Of a stretch of 64,000 bases of DNA, positions 12,689 to 25,983 are shown in pieces. Within the stretch, counting starts at the first letter, position 1. Each line of letters begins with the position of its first letter. Made by a program: the position numbers and the translations under genes. Origin of the DNA: Eledone cirrhosa (taxonomy: Eukaryota). The stretch covers positions 20,150,001 to 20,214,000 of the forward strand of contig OZ024745.1 in NCBI GenBank assembly GCA_964016885.1, written 5' to 3'. The notes beneath the pieces are model-generated. The model made no database searches. It saw only the letters and a list, made by a program, of their open reading frames with translations, and was not told the DNA's origin.

Positions 12689-13555
12689 AATATAAGTATG
12701 TATACGTACATACATATATGTATACAGACGTACAGTAGTATGTATATACATACATACATGCACATATATATATATGTATGTATGGGTTTACCGAACATTT
12801 ATTATAATGCTCGGTTTGTCTGCAAACAAACAGCCCGAATTATTAGCCGTACAGTGTTCGGCAACCATCGTTGTCATTCTGTTCAACACTGACAAAAGAA
12901 CAATGAACTAGTTTCTAGCTTATTAGCTGTCATCAGCACCGTATACATTCCTGTCAGTTGATTGAACGTTTGAAAGTATATACTTTCCTTATGCATATTA
13001 ACGGCTGAGCAGCCTAATTTGCATATCGAGTGAGTTAGTCGGCCTGGCGTACCAAATGTCTATGAACGTATACATACTTATATTTAAGTATCAGCTGTAC
13101 TAAGAGTGAGAAATGAAATTTCCTTTTTTCCATTTATCGTTTTCGGTACGCCAGGCCGACTAACTCACTCGATATGCAAATTAGGCTGCTCAGCCGTTAA
13201 TATGCATAAGGAAAGTATATACTTTCAAACGTTCAATCAACTGACAGGAAGGTATACGGTGCTGATGACAGCTAATAAGCTAGAAACTAGTTCAACGTTC
13301 CTTTGTCAGTGTTGAACAAAAAGGCAACGATGGTTGCCGAACACTGTACGGCTAATTATTCGAGCTGTTTGTTTGCAGACAAACCAAGCATTATAATAAA
13401 TGTTCAGTAAACCCATACGTACATATATATATGTGTGCATGTATGTATGTATATACATATTTCTGTACGTCTGTATACATATATGTATGTACGTATACAT
13501 ACTTATATTTAAGTATCAGCCGTACTAAGAGTGAGAAATTAAATTTCATTTTTTC
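12689..13555. mobile_element. Hammerhead-bearing element: inverted arms (about 365 bp) plus a partial direct repeat of period 425 bp
   Basis: 12689-13053 is the reverse complement of 13145-13509; ACGTATACATACTTATATTTAAGTATCAGC.GTACTAAGAGTGAGAAAT occurs at 13066 and 13491; TA-rich microsatellite flanks. Confidence 0.8.
13257..13297 (+). ncRNA. Minimal type I hammerhead motif (mirror copy on the - strand at 12901-12941)
   Basis: CGGTG-CTGATGA(13262-68)-C AGCT AATA AGCT A-GAAA(13283-86)-CTAG-TT^-CAACG (CATTG in the mirror copy); stem III is the palindrome AACTAGTT. Confidence 0.65.
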
Positions 13556-13639
13556 TGTTTATATATACATGTATATGTATATATACATGTATATATGTAT
13601 ATATACATGTATATATGTATATATATATATATACATGTA

Positions 13640-13682
<43 letters not shown>

Positions 13683-14749
13683 GCATGCAAGCAGCGTGTT
13701 CAGCCGGTGCCTATCCCGGTTTCATGGCATGAAGCGACTGAGTGTACAAGGCTGGACAGGACGCCAGTCCATCGCAGGGTTAAACCTCCAGCTACTGCTG
13801 GTAGTCATTTTCAGCTGATTGTATTGGAGCAACGTGAAATGAAGTGTTTTGCTCAAGAACACAACACACAACCACTAGACCATGTGCCTTCACTAATAGA
13901 ATATATAGCTGAAGCATAATCTTTTCCATTCACACCATATCTGGCAGTGTATAAGAGCACACAGTTCTCTATCTTTAGATTTGGTTACTCTTGAGTGAAG
14001 TCACATTAGCAATTGTTGAATTAACATTGGTTGAATGTTTGGACTTTCAAGAAGCTTTTAGTTTACTTCCTCTTATAATAGGGCCTCACAAACAACAATA
14101 ATATTCTCTAAGCAGAAAACCAAGGAACTATTTTTACCATAATTTCCAATCAATTACTTGTAATAGCTTTCGAGTGTGTTTATTATTTAAAGGTGTCACT
14201 ATCTTAGAAAAGAACTATCCAGCTTTATAATTAGATCATAATCATGAAAGATATGAGGTTAAATAGCTCTTCTTTTAATTCAAGCTTAGGTTATCTAAAA
14301 TCCTATTATTATATTAACTATACTTCTTTCTAATTTGAAACTGTAAACTTTATTATCTGTTATGTTCCCATAACTCGATTAAAACAAACTATTGTTAATA
14401 ATTAAAATAGTTGTGATGTGATTTTCAGTTATAATCTTCATAAAGCTTTTCTTTAATATCTAAATATTGCTGTTTATTCTAAAATAATTTCACATTAAAA
14501 AACATATTTTAACCTTTATTATTTTGTACTTTAAATGGTTAGATATTTTTTTTTTTTTTTTTTGTATAAATCTTGAAAAATACCTTTTTTTAAAAGACAT
14601 TTTAAAAATAGATATCTTACAAATATCTGGCCTATCATATAAACAATTTCTTGTTTTGACAAACTGCGAACAAAGTTTATTTTTTCTATTTTTCTTTTCA
14701 TTGAAATGTTGGTTTAAAATCCCTTTTTTTTGTTTTCTTTTATTTGAAG

Positions 14750-14856
14750 GTGGTAAGTTCTACAAATGGGGAATTAGCCCCAGATGACCCCACTGCTTAT
14801 TCTAACACACCAATTACAGCACAGACTACGGATGTTGAAGTTGTTGATGAGACAAA
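14750..14856 (+). CDS. CSNK1G: Casein kinase I gamma, penultimate coding exon
   Basis: Polypyrimidine tract plus AG acceptor, GTATGT donor; encodes VVSSTNGELAPDDPTAYSNTPITAQTTDVEVVDET(K), matching the conserved CK1-gamma/gilgamesh C-terminal region. Confidence 0.93.
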
Positions 14857-15527
14857 GTATGTTCATTTCTCTGTTGTAGCCTTCATTTATTTATTTATAT
14901 ATATATTTAGATTTTGTCATTAGAAATATCAAATATCAACTTTTCTCAGAAAACTTAACAAGAAATTTTAAAGTCATGCCTGGATCTTATGAGATAAATT
15001 TTAAAAGAAAATTTTCTTGCTAATGTTTTTTTTTAAATATTCAAAGAAAAAAACTTTTCTAAAAGAGAAACTCGATTGCTTTTGCAGTGAGTAAATTACT
15101 GAAATTTTGTAATGAACACTTTTTTAAAAATTATTTTAATGAGATTGAGTTTTAGTTACAGTTTGTATAGTAATTAAAGTTTCTTATTTTAAAATACTTT
15201 CTAAGAGTAATTTGTCTGTGAGTCTGTTGAACTGTTTAACCTAAATTTATTATATCACTTATAAGTTATAGGTTAGAAAAGATATTTTGATTTACTACTT
15301 TCTTTTATTAATTTAACAAACCAAGAAGAATAGTAGTCTGGGACTATTGAAATTCAATATCTTTTAAAGGGGTGTGTTTAGATAGGGTGACTGGGGGATA
15401 ACAGCCCTTCACTCTCAACAGGTGTTGAGATTACATAAAAGGTTTTCACTTGAAGCACAAAGTTTCTGAATTTTAGCTTCAAATCATTGACATTTTATGT
15501 CTTATGTCTTGTGATGTTGGTTTAGAT

Positions 15528-16271
15528 ACCAACCTCTCTTCTCTATACTATATATGAAGCAGTATAACCAGCCCCTCTTCTCTATACTATATATGAAGCA
15601 GTATAACCAGTCCCTCTTCTCTAAATACTGTATATGAAATATTAGGGATGAGGTGTAACCAGTCCCTCTTCTCTAAATACTGTATATGAAATATTAGGTA
15701 TGAGGTGTAACCAGTCCCTCTTCTCTAAATACTGTATATGAAATATTAGGGATGAGGTGTAACCAATCCCTCTTCTCTAAATACTGTATATGAAATATTA
15801 GGGATGAGGTGTAACCAGTCCCTCTTCTCTAAATACTGTATATGAAGTATTAGGGATGAGGTGTAACCAATTCCTCTTCTCTAAATACTGTATATGAAAT
15901 ATTAGAATATTAGGGATGAGGTGTAACCAGTCCCTCTTCTCTAAATACTGTATATGAAATATTAGGGATGAGGTGTAACCAGTCCCTCTTCTCTAAATAC
16001 TGTATATGAAATATTAGGGATGAGGTGTAACCAGTCCCTCTTCTCTAAATACTGTATATGAAGTATTAGGGATGAGGTGTAACCAGTCCCTATTCTCTAA
16101 ATACTGTATATGAAGTATTAGGGATGAGGTGTAACCAGTCCCTCTTCTCTAAATACTGTATATGAAATATTAGGGATGAGGTGTAACCAGTCCCTCTTCT
16201 CTAAATACTGTATATGAAATATTAGGGATGAGGTGTAACCAGTCTCTCTTCTCTAAATACTGTGTATGAAA
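15528..16271. repeat. 52-bp minisatellite, about 13 copies, preceded by two shorter related units
   Basis: Unit AACCAGTCCCTCTTCTCTAAATACTGTATATGAAATATTAGGGATGAGGTGT. Confidence 0.95.
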
Positions 16272-16518
16272 CAGGAATGGAGTGTAAAGGTAAGAAGCGA
16301 CAAAGCACATGAATCTTGATTTCTTTCTTTAACCTGCCTAGCAGTAGTAAAAAATGTGCTAAACCCTTATAATAAGATAACTATTTGTAGTTGGGCCATT
16401 CCATGTTCTAACAAGAGACAATAATTAAAATTTGTCCAAACCATCTTCTACATATTATCATAAAAAAATCATCATCATCATCTCTATCATCACCAACTGA
16501 CATCTATTTTCCATGCTT

Positions 16519-18058
16519 ACATAGGTTAGACATAGGTTAGATTGCTTGTCACAGACATAGGTTTGATTGCTTGTCACAGACATAGGTTTGATTGCTTGTC
16601 ACAGACATAGGTTTGACTGCTTGTCACAGACAGGTTTGACTGCTTGTCACAGACATAGGTTAGACTGCTTGTCACACATAGGTTAGACTGCTTGTCACAG
16701 ACATAAGTTAGACTGCTTGTCACTGACATAGGTTTGACTGCTTGTCACTGACGTAGGTTTGACTGCTTGTCACAGACGTAGGTTTGACTGCTTGTCACAT
16801 ACATAGGTTAGACTGCTTGTCACAGACAGGTTTGACTGCTTGTCACAGACATAGGTTAGACTGCTTGTCACAGACAGGTTAGACTGCTTGTCACAGACGT
16901 AGGTTTGACTGCTTGTCACATACATAGCTTTGACCGCTTGTCACAGACATAGGTTAGACTGCTTGTCACAGACATAGGTTAGACTGCTTGTCACAGACAT
17001 AAGTTAGACTGCTTGTTACAGACATAGGTTTGACTGCTTGTCACAGACATAGGTTAGACTGCTTGTCACAGACATAGGTTAGACTGCTTGTCACAGACAG
17101 GTTTGACTGCTTGTCACAGACATAGGTTAGACTGCTTGTCACAGACATAGGTTAGACTGCTTGTCACAGACAGGTTTGACTGGTTGTCACAGACATAGAT
17201 AAGACTGCTTGTCACAGACATAGGTTTGACTGCTTGTCACAGACATAGGTTTGACTGCTTGTCACAGACATAGGTTAGACTGCTTGTCACAGACAGGTTT
17301 GACTGCTTGTCACAGACATAGGTTAGACTGCTTGTCACAGACATAGGTTAGACTGCTTGTCACTGACATAGGTTTGACTGCTTGTCACAGACATAGGTTA
17401 GACTGCTTGTCACAGACAGGTTTGACTGGTTGTCACAGACATAGGTAAGACTGCTTGTCACAGACATAGGTTAGACTGCTTGTCACAGACATAGGTTAGA
17501 CTGCTTGTCACAGACAGGTTTGACTGCTTGTCACAGACATAGGTTTGACTGCTTGTCACAGACATAGGTTTGACTGCTTGTCACAGACATAGGTTTGACT
17601 GATTGTCACAGACATAGGTTAGACTGCTTGTCACAGACATAGGTTTGACTGCTTGTCACAGACATAGGTTTGACTGCTTGTCACAGACATAGGTTAGACT
17701 GCTTGTCACAGACATAGGTTTGACTGCTTGTCACAGACATAGGTTTGACTGCTTGTCACAGACATAGGTTTGACTGCTTGTCACAGACATAGGTTTGATT
17801 GATTGTCACAGACATAGGTTAGACTGCTTGTCACAGACAGGTTTGACTGGTTGTCACAGACATAGGTAAGACTGCTCGTCACAGACATAGGTAACACTGC
17901 TTGTCACAGACATAGGTTTGACTGCTTGTCACAGACATAGGTTTGACTGCTTGTCACAGACATAGGTTTGACTGCTTGTCACAGACATAGGTTTGACTGC
18001 TTGTCACAGACATAGGTTTGACTGCTTGTCACAGACATAGGTTTGACTGCTTGTCACA
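16519..18058. repeat. 25/23-bp minisatellite, about 60 copies, embedded in a degenerate RTE-type 3' UTR
   Basis: Unit ACATAGGTT(A/T)GACTGCTTGTCACAG; flanks match the reverse complement of the RTE tail at 39770-40074. Confidence 0.95.
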
Positions 18059-18416
18059 TCATGAGGCCAAACGGGTTACATGACCGTCTTACTCATACAA
18101 CCTGGTATTCCACAGCTACCCTTCTTAATGGTCACGATATTACAACATTTATTGACAGCATTTTTCGTGGCACCAGCACTACCATCTTACAAGGTGCACA
18201 TTGGGTGCTTTTTGGTGCAGTCCTCTCTCCTTTAAGCTGTCACATCCTGGATATTCTGTTTGATCAAAGGAGAGAGGGTTGAAAGGGTGTTTGTGTCTGC
18301 TCATGACTACATGGGTACCTAATACCCCTAGAAAAGCATGTTACATACTATCAAGTCATACTTGATAAGTGACAGCTGCAATATTAGTAGTATTAGTATA
18401 ATTATTAATAGTAGAG

Positions 18417-18618
18417 GGCGGTGGATTGGCAGAATCAGTAGAGCATCAGATACCATGCTTGACGGTCTGAGTTCAAATCCCACCGCGGTTAGCTTTGCCT
18501 TTCATCCTTACAGGGTCGGTAAAATAAAGCACCTGTAATGCACTGGGGTCGATTTAATCGACTTTCCCCTCCCCCAAAATTGTTGGCCTTGTGCCTAACG
18601 TAGAAACCATTATTACTA
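18417..18618 (+). mobile_element. SINE family A
   Basis: GGCGGTGGATTGGCAGAATC head, family core, TAGAAACCATTATT tail. Confidence 0.85.
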
Positions 18619-18709
18619 TTAGTAGTAGTATAGCAGTTTTATTAAATATTTGTAAAGCAACTAACAACACCTGACTTCATTCCTATATATGCTTTTGATT
18701 TTCTTACAG

Positions 18710-18758
18710 ATGCTGTTTCTTCCGAAGGCGTAAGAAAAAGAAGAACAGACAAACATAA
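18710..18758 (+). CDS. CSNK1G: Casein kinase I gamma, last coding exon
   Basis: TTGATTTTCTTACAG acceptor; phase matches the previous exon; (K)CCFFRRRKKKNRQT-stop is the Cys plus polybasic membrane-anchor tail typical of CK1-gamma. Confidence 0.93.
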
Positions 18759-19338
18759 GGCCAAGTGTGTAGTTATGTGTCTACAAATCCCTGTTAAAAT
18801 GTACAGTTCATGAATGATCAGAGCAACCTTCGCATCTTTTCTCTACATCTTCCTCACTATTATTTTTGGCATTGTAGCAATAGCAGACACTGGAATTTCT
18901 TCTGTTGGCCCTGAACATTTGTATAGGCATAAATCTTTTGATTGGATCAGGGGCCTTACCTTTCTACTGACTTATTAACAGTCAGCTAATTCCTCACACA
19001 TCCATACACTTAACTACACACTATTCCCAATTCTTTTCAACACAGTTGACTGCTGTGATGTGTTGTATTCAACATATGCATTAGTTTTATAACTTTATGA
19101 AAAATAGAAATGCTCTATTTGGCTTCCAATCTTTTCTTTTTTTTTTTTCAACTTGAAACAAAAATATATATTATTCCTTCCCTCAAATGTTCTTTGCTTT
19201 ATAATATTGAGAAAAACAAACACAGTTATTCCTTAGTTTATTATATATCATAACTGATGCAGCAATAAACTTCAGTATTTGTATCATCTTTAAAGATATA
19301 CATTCCTTGAGAGGGACACCTTTCCATTCATATATATG

Positions 19339-19403
<65 letters not shown>

Positions 19404-19482
19404 GCACATATATGTATATGCATATATATATATATATGTGTGTGTATGTATATGTATGTGCATATATGTATATGTATGTTTA

Positions 19483-19522
<40 letters not shown>

Positions 19523-20343
19523 TGTGTGTACATGTGTATACATTTTTTATAAATCTATTCCTGCAAATTCTTGATGGTTCTTCCTATTTTCAAACTCGTT
19601 CCATATATAATGGTTAGTCGGTAAAACCCATTCGTCTCTCTGATATATAATTATATTTTTTCTTTTGTTAGTTAGAAGAAATACTGAAAGAAGCCTTAAC
19701 ATGTTTGAGGTTACTTGTAGTTGAATCAACACAAAGCTGGAAACAAACAACAAACAAACACTTTTTAAATGACATTCTTTTGGTTAGCAGGAATATTTAC
19801 TTACTGTTAGTCTCTCACTAGTATTGATTGAACAAACATTCTATACACACACAAAGACTATCTCTTGCATTGTGAGAAATACAAAAATTAATGAATAAAT
19901 ATGCTGCATGTGTATATGTATGTATGTATGTATGTGTGTGTGTGATGGTTCCACCAACAGAATGTGGTGTATAAAAAACCCTTATAGCTATTTTTTACAA
20001 GTTATTCAAGCTTGTTAAGAGGTGGTGGAAGTGTTGAGGTTCAAGGAGCAATCAAAAACTGAAAAAATATTTTTTGGCAGTTGGTAGCTACCTTCTTCTT
20101 CTTATTATTATCATTATAATTTAAAAAAAACATTTAGTTTTTGCTGCTGCTGTTGCTGCTGCTGCTGTTCATTAGAGTGAGGAAGGACACTAAGGAGAAA
20201 AGACCTGCAAATGTTAATCTGGCCTGTTCTCAGCATGCTAGATAGACGTTCCATCGGATGGATTTTGGGGGAATACTGTTCTATGCAACTAGTTGCACAT
20301 TCTTACTCAGAAAAGTTTCTTATGTGGCAGTTGTCTCATTGCA

Positions 20344-20387
<44 letters not shown>

Positions 20388-20772
20388 GCACACACACACA
20401 CGCATGTATATACATATGTTTATATATATATATATATATATTTACATGTATATATATATTTGTGTGTGTGTGTATGAGAAGAAGAGAAAGAGTTAAGAGA
20501 GAGAGAGAAAGAGAGAGCGAGAGAGACATATTCCTGCATTACACTGTAAAGAGGTTATGCCTGATCAGACCTGATTTTAATTTGCTTAGAGGATCTTTAG
20601 TGACCTTGGATTATTTTTATATTTAAAAGAAAACAAAAAAAAAACAAAAAAAACAATAACAACAACAACTTGATGACAATATAAACTATGAGAAAATACT
20701 TTAATCTCTGTATCACATGCCTGACTATCTTTATCACGTAACCTCATCACTGTTACTTTCTTCTATGTTGAA

Positions 20773-20819
<47 letters not shown>

Positions 20820-21769
20820 TACATCATTGAGTGTGTGTTAATTAGAAAGAATGAGTATGAATGCAAGCTTGTTTCCTGTATCTTAGTGGAGTTGTATTTA
20901 TTGATTTTGTTGTTGTTTATTGAGCGGTGTTGTTGTAGGGGAAGGGTAATGTACCAGGCCCCTCTAAATACACCATGAGTTCATATATGACCTGTTGCAA
21001 TGTCTCTTAAATTCATGTCCTTGTACAAGACACTTTATCCCTATTTGCTTCAGGCTTCAAACCTAATTAAAAAACCTCCTTCATCAACATAATTTCTTTG
21101 TTCTAACTTATCTAATTAACAATTTCTATTCATTTCAATAAACTTACAGCATGAAACATATTTAACTGTGCAAACTTTAAATATATATCTGAGCCACTTT
21201 TTTAAACTTCTTTTCCAGAAAAAATGTCTTATATTTTAGTTGACATTTAGCTACCTTTTTACTCCACTAACATCAAGTTTCAACCACTTAAATCTCTTCA
21301 CATTTTATTTTTATTAACATTTAAACAAACAAAAAAATATATATATGTATATCATTCTTGAAGTAGATTATTAGAGAAACTATTTCACTCAATAAGTGTA
21401 GTTATTTATTTCTTTTAAAAAGGGATTTATATATATATATTTTTCTACTAAATATGCACATAGCTTTATCTTTTAAATAAAACACAGTACAGCATGTTTG
21501 GATGATTTTTAATAAAGTAACTTAGTTTTATCTGTTAACTCTGTAGAATAATTAGAATTTATGTCAAATGGATTTTATGACATACTAGGAAGGCATCATC
21601 TCCACCCTCACTATATACACACGCATACAAAAGTATTTTTCTATGCTATATGTAAAATGAGAACTTTACGGTATATATATGTATATGTGTAATATATATA
21701 TATATATATATATTGTTTTGGTAAATAGGATTTTACTTGCATTATTTCCTCATTGGCTTTTTACTATTC

Positions 21770-22155
21770 GATTGGCAGTATCGGTAGAGGGTCGGACGCC
21801 ATGCTTTCCAGCATAGTTACGTCCCTTTACGATCTGAGTTCAAATCCCGCCGAGGTTGACTTTGCCTTTCATCCTTACGGGGTCGATAAAATAAAGTACC
21901 AGTAATGCACTGGGTAATTGCTGGCCTTGTGCCTAAAGTAGAAACAATTATTGCTAATTAACAAAAGGCGGTGAATTGGCAGTATCGGTAGAGGGTTGGA
22001 CGCCATGCTTTCTAGCATAGTTACGTCCCTTTATGGTCTGAGGTCAAATCCCGCCAAGGTTAACTTTGCCTTTCATCCTTACAGGGTCGATAAAATAAAG
22101 TACCAGTAATGCACTTTGTAATTGCTGGCCTTGTGCCTAAAGTAGAAACAATTAT
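21770..22155 (+). mobile_element. Two head-to-tail young SINE family A copies
   Basis: Near-identical units of about 185 bp at 21770-21953 and 21967-22155. Confidence 0.88.
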
Positions 22156-22553
22156 TGCTAAATAACCCAGACCTTAAATAGTTTACATTTTAATTGACAT
22201 GAAGCACTTAAAACACAATATCTACTATATTTACAATGAACTCGTTAAATATACTTGGTATATATTTAATATCAGTGGGTATCAGAGCCGAGTAACAAGG
22301 TGTTTTGGGGTTGAACTATGTATCATGTATATTTGAAGTGGTTCAATAATGATATTGATAAACTTCTTTAAAGAAGAAGACAAATAGTAAAGACACATCT
22401 TTTGTTGTTGTTTTTTTTGTTTTTTTTGCTATAACATGAAAAAAACTTCATCAATAAAACTCTGTTTTTTTCTCTTCATACTATATTTGTGTGTGCCTGT
22501 GCACAGTTGTATACTTGGATTATGATAGGTCATTGGCTATTGTCATGATTTAA

Positions 22554-22752
22554 CCCTTTAGCATTTACATTACTATTGTATTTACTATTGTATTTTCATG
22601 GTAAAGGCTTTACCTCACATAATATTGAATCTATGAGATTTTGATATTGTGTATTTTGAGAACAATACCTTAATGTCGGTATGAGCAGCTGGTTTGAACA
22701 GAAAGACGTAAGAGAATTCTGGTCTGATATGGCTGGTTTAAATGCTATAGGG
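22554..22752. mobile_element. piggyBac-type MITE related to 3069-4162
   Basis: TTAA-CCCTTTAGCATTTA ... TAAATGCTATAGGG-TTAA; subterminal GGTTTGAACA and GCTGGTTT motifs are shared with the long element. Confidence 0.75.
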
Positions 22753-23929
22753 TTAAGTCAGTTGTAGAGTTTGTGTCTTTTGAAGAAAAGCATTTATATA
22801 TACAACCTAGCTGAAAATTTCAAAGTTTTAGACATACATGTATGTATATATACAATATATATACATGTACATTATATATAAAGTATATCTTATCTTTGTA
22901 TATAAAATAATTGGGAACAGCTCTTTGTTTATTGATAACCAGATAAAACCTCAACTCTTTTGAACCGACTTAGCTTGGAAGAGTTTTCAGTGTGAAACTT
23001 AAGAGAGATTTCCAAATATTTGATTGTCCTCCTTTTGTCTAACAACCCTTAAACTTTTATTACTCTGAATTAAATTGGTGAAAGAAAGCTTTTTATCCAG
23101 ATATTATAGTTCATCACAGGCTTTCTGTTTCAATTTCATCTTTAATTTTATCTTTCATAAAATATTGTAATCTTGTTCCTACTTAATAGCTTGCTTAGCT
23201 CTGGAGAAAAACTGGTACATTACTGAGAGTGTGATGTTGTAATTTATTAGTTTGCTATTAAATATTTAGTCCATTATTGGTAGTGTATTTCAAAATAGAT
23301 CATCATTGGTAGGTCCACTAGCTCTCAACAAAGTCAAATTAATTCCCTTTAATATTTAATTGCGCTTATCGTTGATTGTTTTAACTTTTATGTCAACACT
23401 CTCCATAGATACACATTAAATATGTTTTAAGAACATTTTTTTTGTTGTTGTTGATAGAATTATGTATAATATTGGTGTAGATATTTTAAAATGTTTTATT
23501 TTTTCATATAAGGAATAATCTCTCTCTCCTTGTGATTAACTGTATGTAAGAGAATGAGTTCAAGAAAATGGCGCTTGTTAGCTTCCTCTGAAACTAATTA
23601 ATTACTGTATAATGTTCCTAGCAGATGAGATTTATTGCCAAAGTACATATCGCTTAAATCTTTCATGCTCAATTGAATTTCACTGTCATACATTACTATT
23701 ATTATTACTACAGTGTTTACTAGAGCCTGGTGTGTGATAAGTGCTGAATTTATTGTATCACTGCCTCTAATACAGATCAACTAGTCCTTTATTTTAACAA
23801 TAAAAAGACCATATTTTTGCAGATTAAAGCTTGTCTTTTTTCCAGCTTTTATTTTCACTAAACAAATGAAAGAAGAAAGCTGAACTGGATAGATTGATTG
23901 TGTCAATTTTACTTTTGAGCTTCCAACAT

Positions 23930-24135
23930 TGCCCCAGTGATATAGCTGAAAGTAACCTTGGTAACTGTGGTGGTTACCTGCCCCAGTGATATAGCTGAAA
24001 GTAACCTTGGTAACTGTGGTGGTTACCTGCCCCAGTGATATATATAGCTGAAAGTAACCTTGGTAACTGTGGTGGTTACCTGCCCCAGTGATATATATAG
24101 CTGAAAGTAACCCTGGTAACTGTGGTGGTTACCAA
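23930..24135. repeat. 49-53-bp tandem repeat, 4 copies
   Basis: TGCCCCAGTGATAT(AT)nAGCTGAAAGTAACCTTGGTAACTGTGGTGGTTACC. Confidence 0.9.
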
Positions 24136-24209
24136 CCTTGTTCCAGTATATAATAATAATGAAAATGATTGTTTACACTGCTCAGGTGCACCTCTACAAC
24201 TCATCAAAG

Positions 24210-24257
<48 letters not shown>

Positions 24258-25017
24258 CTGAAAGTAACTCTGGTGGTTAAAGTTTATCTAAATGGAAGTT
24301 GTTCTTAGTCTTCCTATTACAGGATATGTGGTCATGTCGATCATTGCTATGCATTTGAAGTATCAAAGTATCAGTGAATTTATCTATTTTCAAAATATCT
24401 TAGCACAAAATTTCTCCATTCTGATCTCTTTAAGGAATAACCGATAAATAACGATAATTAAAACATTTTTCTTTTTCCATTTTTCATTATTATTTGGTTT
24501 ATTCGGAGCCTTTATGTTATGATTTCAGTTCTCCCCTTTTTTTTTAAATATTTAACTTGGTGTTTTATCTCTTGCAAAAACTCTCTCCATCAAGGACCTA
24601 AACCTCACTAAATTTAAAGCTTTCCAATTGTCTTTCTTCAACATTCACAAGTTTTGTGTGATGTTTATGTTAGTGTCTACTTCTGCATGCTAACTTTTTT
24701 ATCCATCCATTTACCAATCCATCCATCAAATCTATTTAAAAATAAAAACAACACATAAATCTAATCACTCCGAAAAATTGTTTTTCTAGTTTTAATTTAG
24801 TTCAAATCATGTAGAAATATTTTAATTTCACTTTTTCACCTTCATTAACTTTTACATTTTCAGTTGGCTGGACCAGTTTATTTGTATTATTTATCTTTAG
24901 GTTAATATCTCACAGCTAACATAGACCAACCCATACCTTTATACTAGCTATAATGTACTTCTCACTGGCATTATGGTGTTACTTGATCGAGTGGATACAT
25001 ACATGATGGCAGCTACC

Positions 25018-25265
25018 TCAATCTCGAGTATAGCCATCGTTTGAAATTTTCAAACACGCTTCTGCAGGCATGTGTCTAGCAGCACAGATGTGACGTTTTA
25101 GGCCAGCAAGAGTCCTATATTCTCTGGCACAGATGTTACAGACATGGCCTTTGGCAACAGGAATCAATGGCTGGTTGCCATGTACTTTCATGTGCCGCCT
25201 CAGGCCTCCTGTTGATTGGCAGACATTACTACAACAATAACAGACTGTTATACCAACGCAATCTG
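25018..25265 (-). mobile_element. Isolated fragment with two C2H2-like zinc fingers; probable LINE C-terminal remnant
   Basis: CYCCSNVCQSTGGLRRHMKVH...CNICAREYRTLAGLKRH; no TGEKP linker and no credible start; bounded by (CA)n. Confidence 0.5.
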
Positions 25266-25370
25266 CATCAGCCCTTTTTACACACACACACACACAGATA
25301 TATATGCACATATATTTATGTAGTTATGCTCACACACACATACACGTGTATATAGATATAGATATGTCTG

Positions 25371-25476
25371 ATATAAAAATGGCTTCTACAGGACTAGAAC
25401 TGTTTCATTCAAAGCCCTTTCCTGGTGATTTCTTTTGAATGAAACAGTTTTAGTTCTGTAGAAGCCATTTCTATAT
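25371..25476. repeat. Inverted repeat (43-bp arms, 20-nt spacer) carrying a hammerhead 3' half
   Basis: 25371-25413 pairs with 25434-25476; the right arm and its tail are homologous to 42789-42875 and, inverted, to 52695-52785. Confidence 0.75.
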
Positions 25477-25945
25477 TAAACATGATATTTAAATTCTACT
25501 AATGTATTGAGTACCTTACTGTGGTTACCCCCATTGAACCCGGGACTGACACACACACTAAGTAAACCCATGCCCTCTTTTCACTTGTAGTTGGGATTAA
25601 ATCTCTATCTACAAAGCTTCACACATATCTAAGTGTTGTCGAGTTTTCCTTTTTCACTAAAATATATTTTGTAAAACTTTAAAACTGTATTTCTTAAAGA
25701 TATCAGAATAGAAACAATGTAAATAGAATTACTGCAACATTTAGTAGAAAGGTTATTACTGCAGATTCTTTTATCAAATATTTTCATTGCATTTTCTTGT
25801 GGGGGTAAATGTTTGCTGAAATAGTTGGTGGAGGGTCACTTCTGCTTGATATATCATCACCAGAGTATTGCAGTGTTGGTCTAATGGGTATGTCTCTGGC
25901 CTTCTGCATGAGCATCTGTAAGGTGGAGGACTTTTGCATTTGCTG

Positions 25946-25983
<38 letters not shown>

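Noticed and set aside
18710-18813. Alternative frame KRRTDKHKAKCVVM resembling a Ras CAAX tail
   Set aside because: No stop follows CVVM, and the phase of the upstream exon selects the CK1-gamma frame.
21770-21860. tRNA genes at SINE heads
   Set aside because: Only A/B-box-like motifs; no cloverleaf, and always attached to the SINE body.
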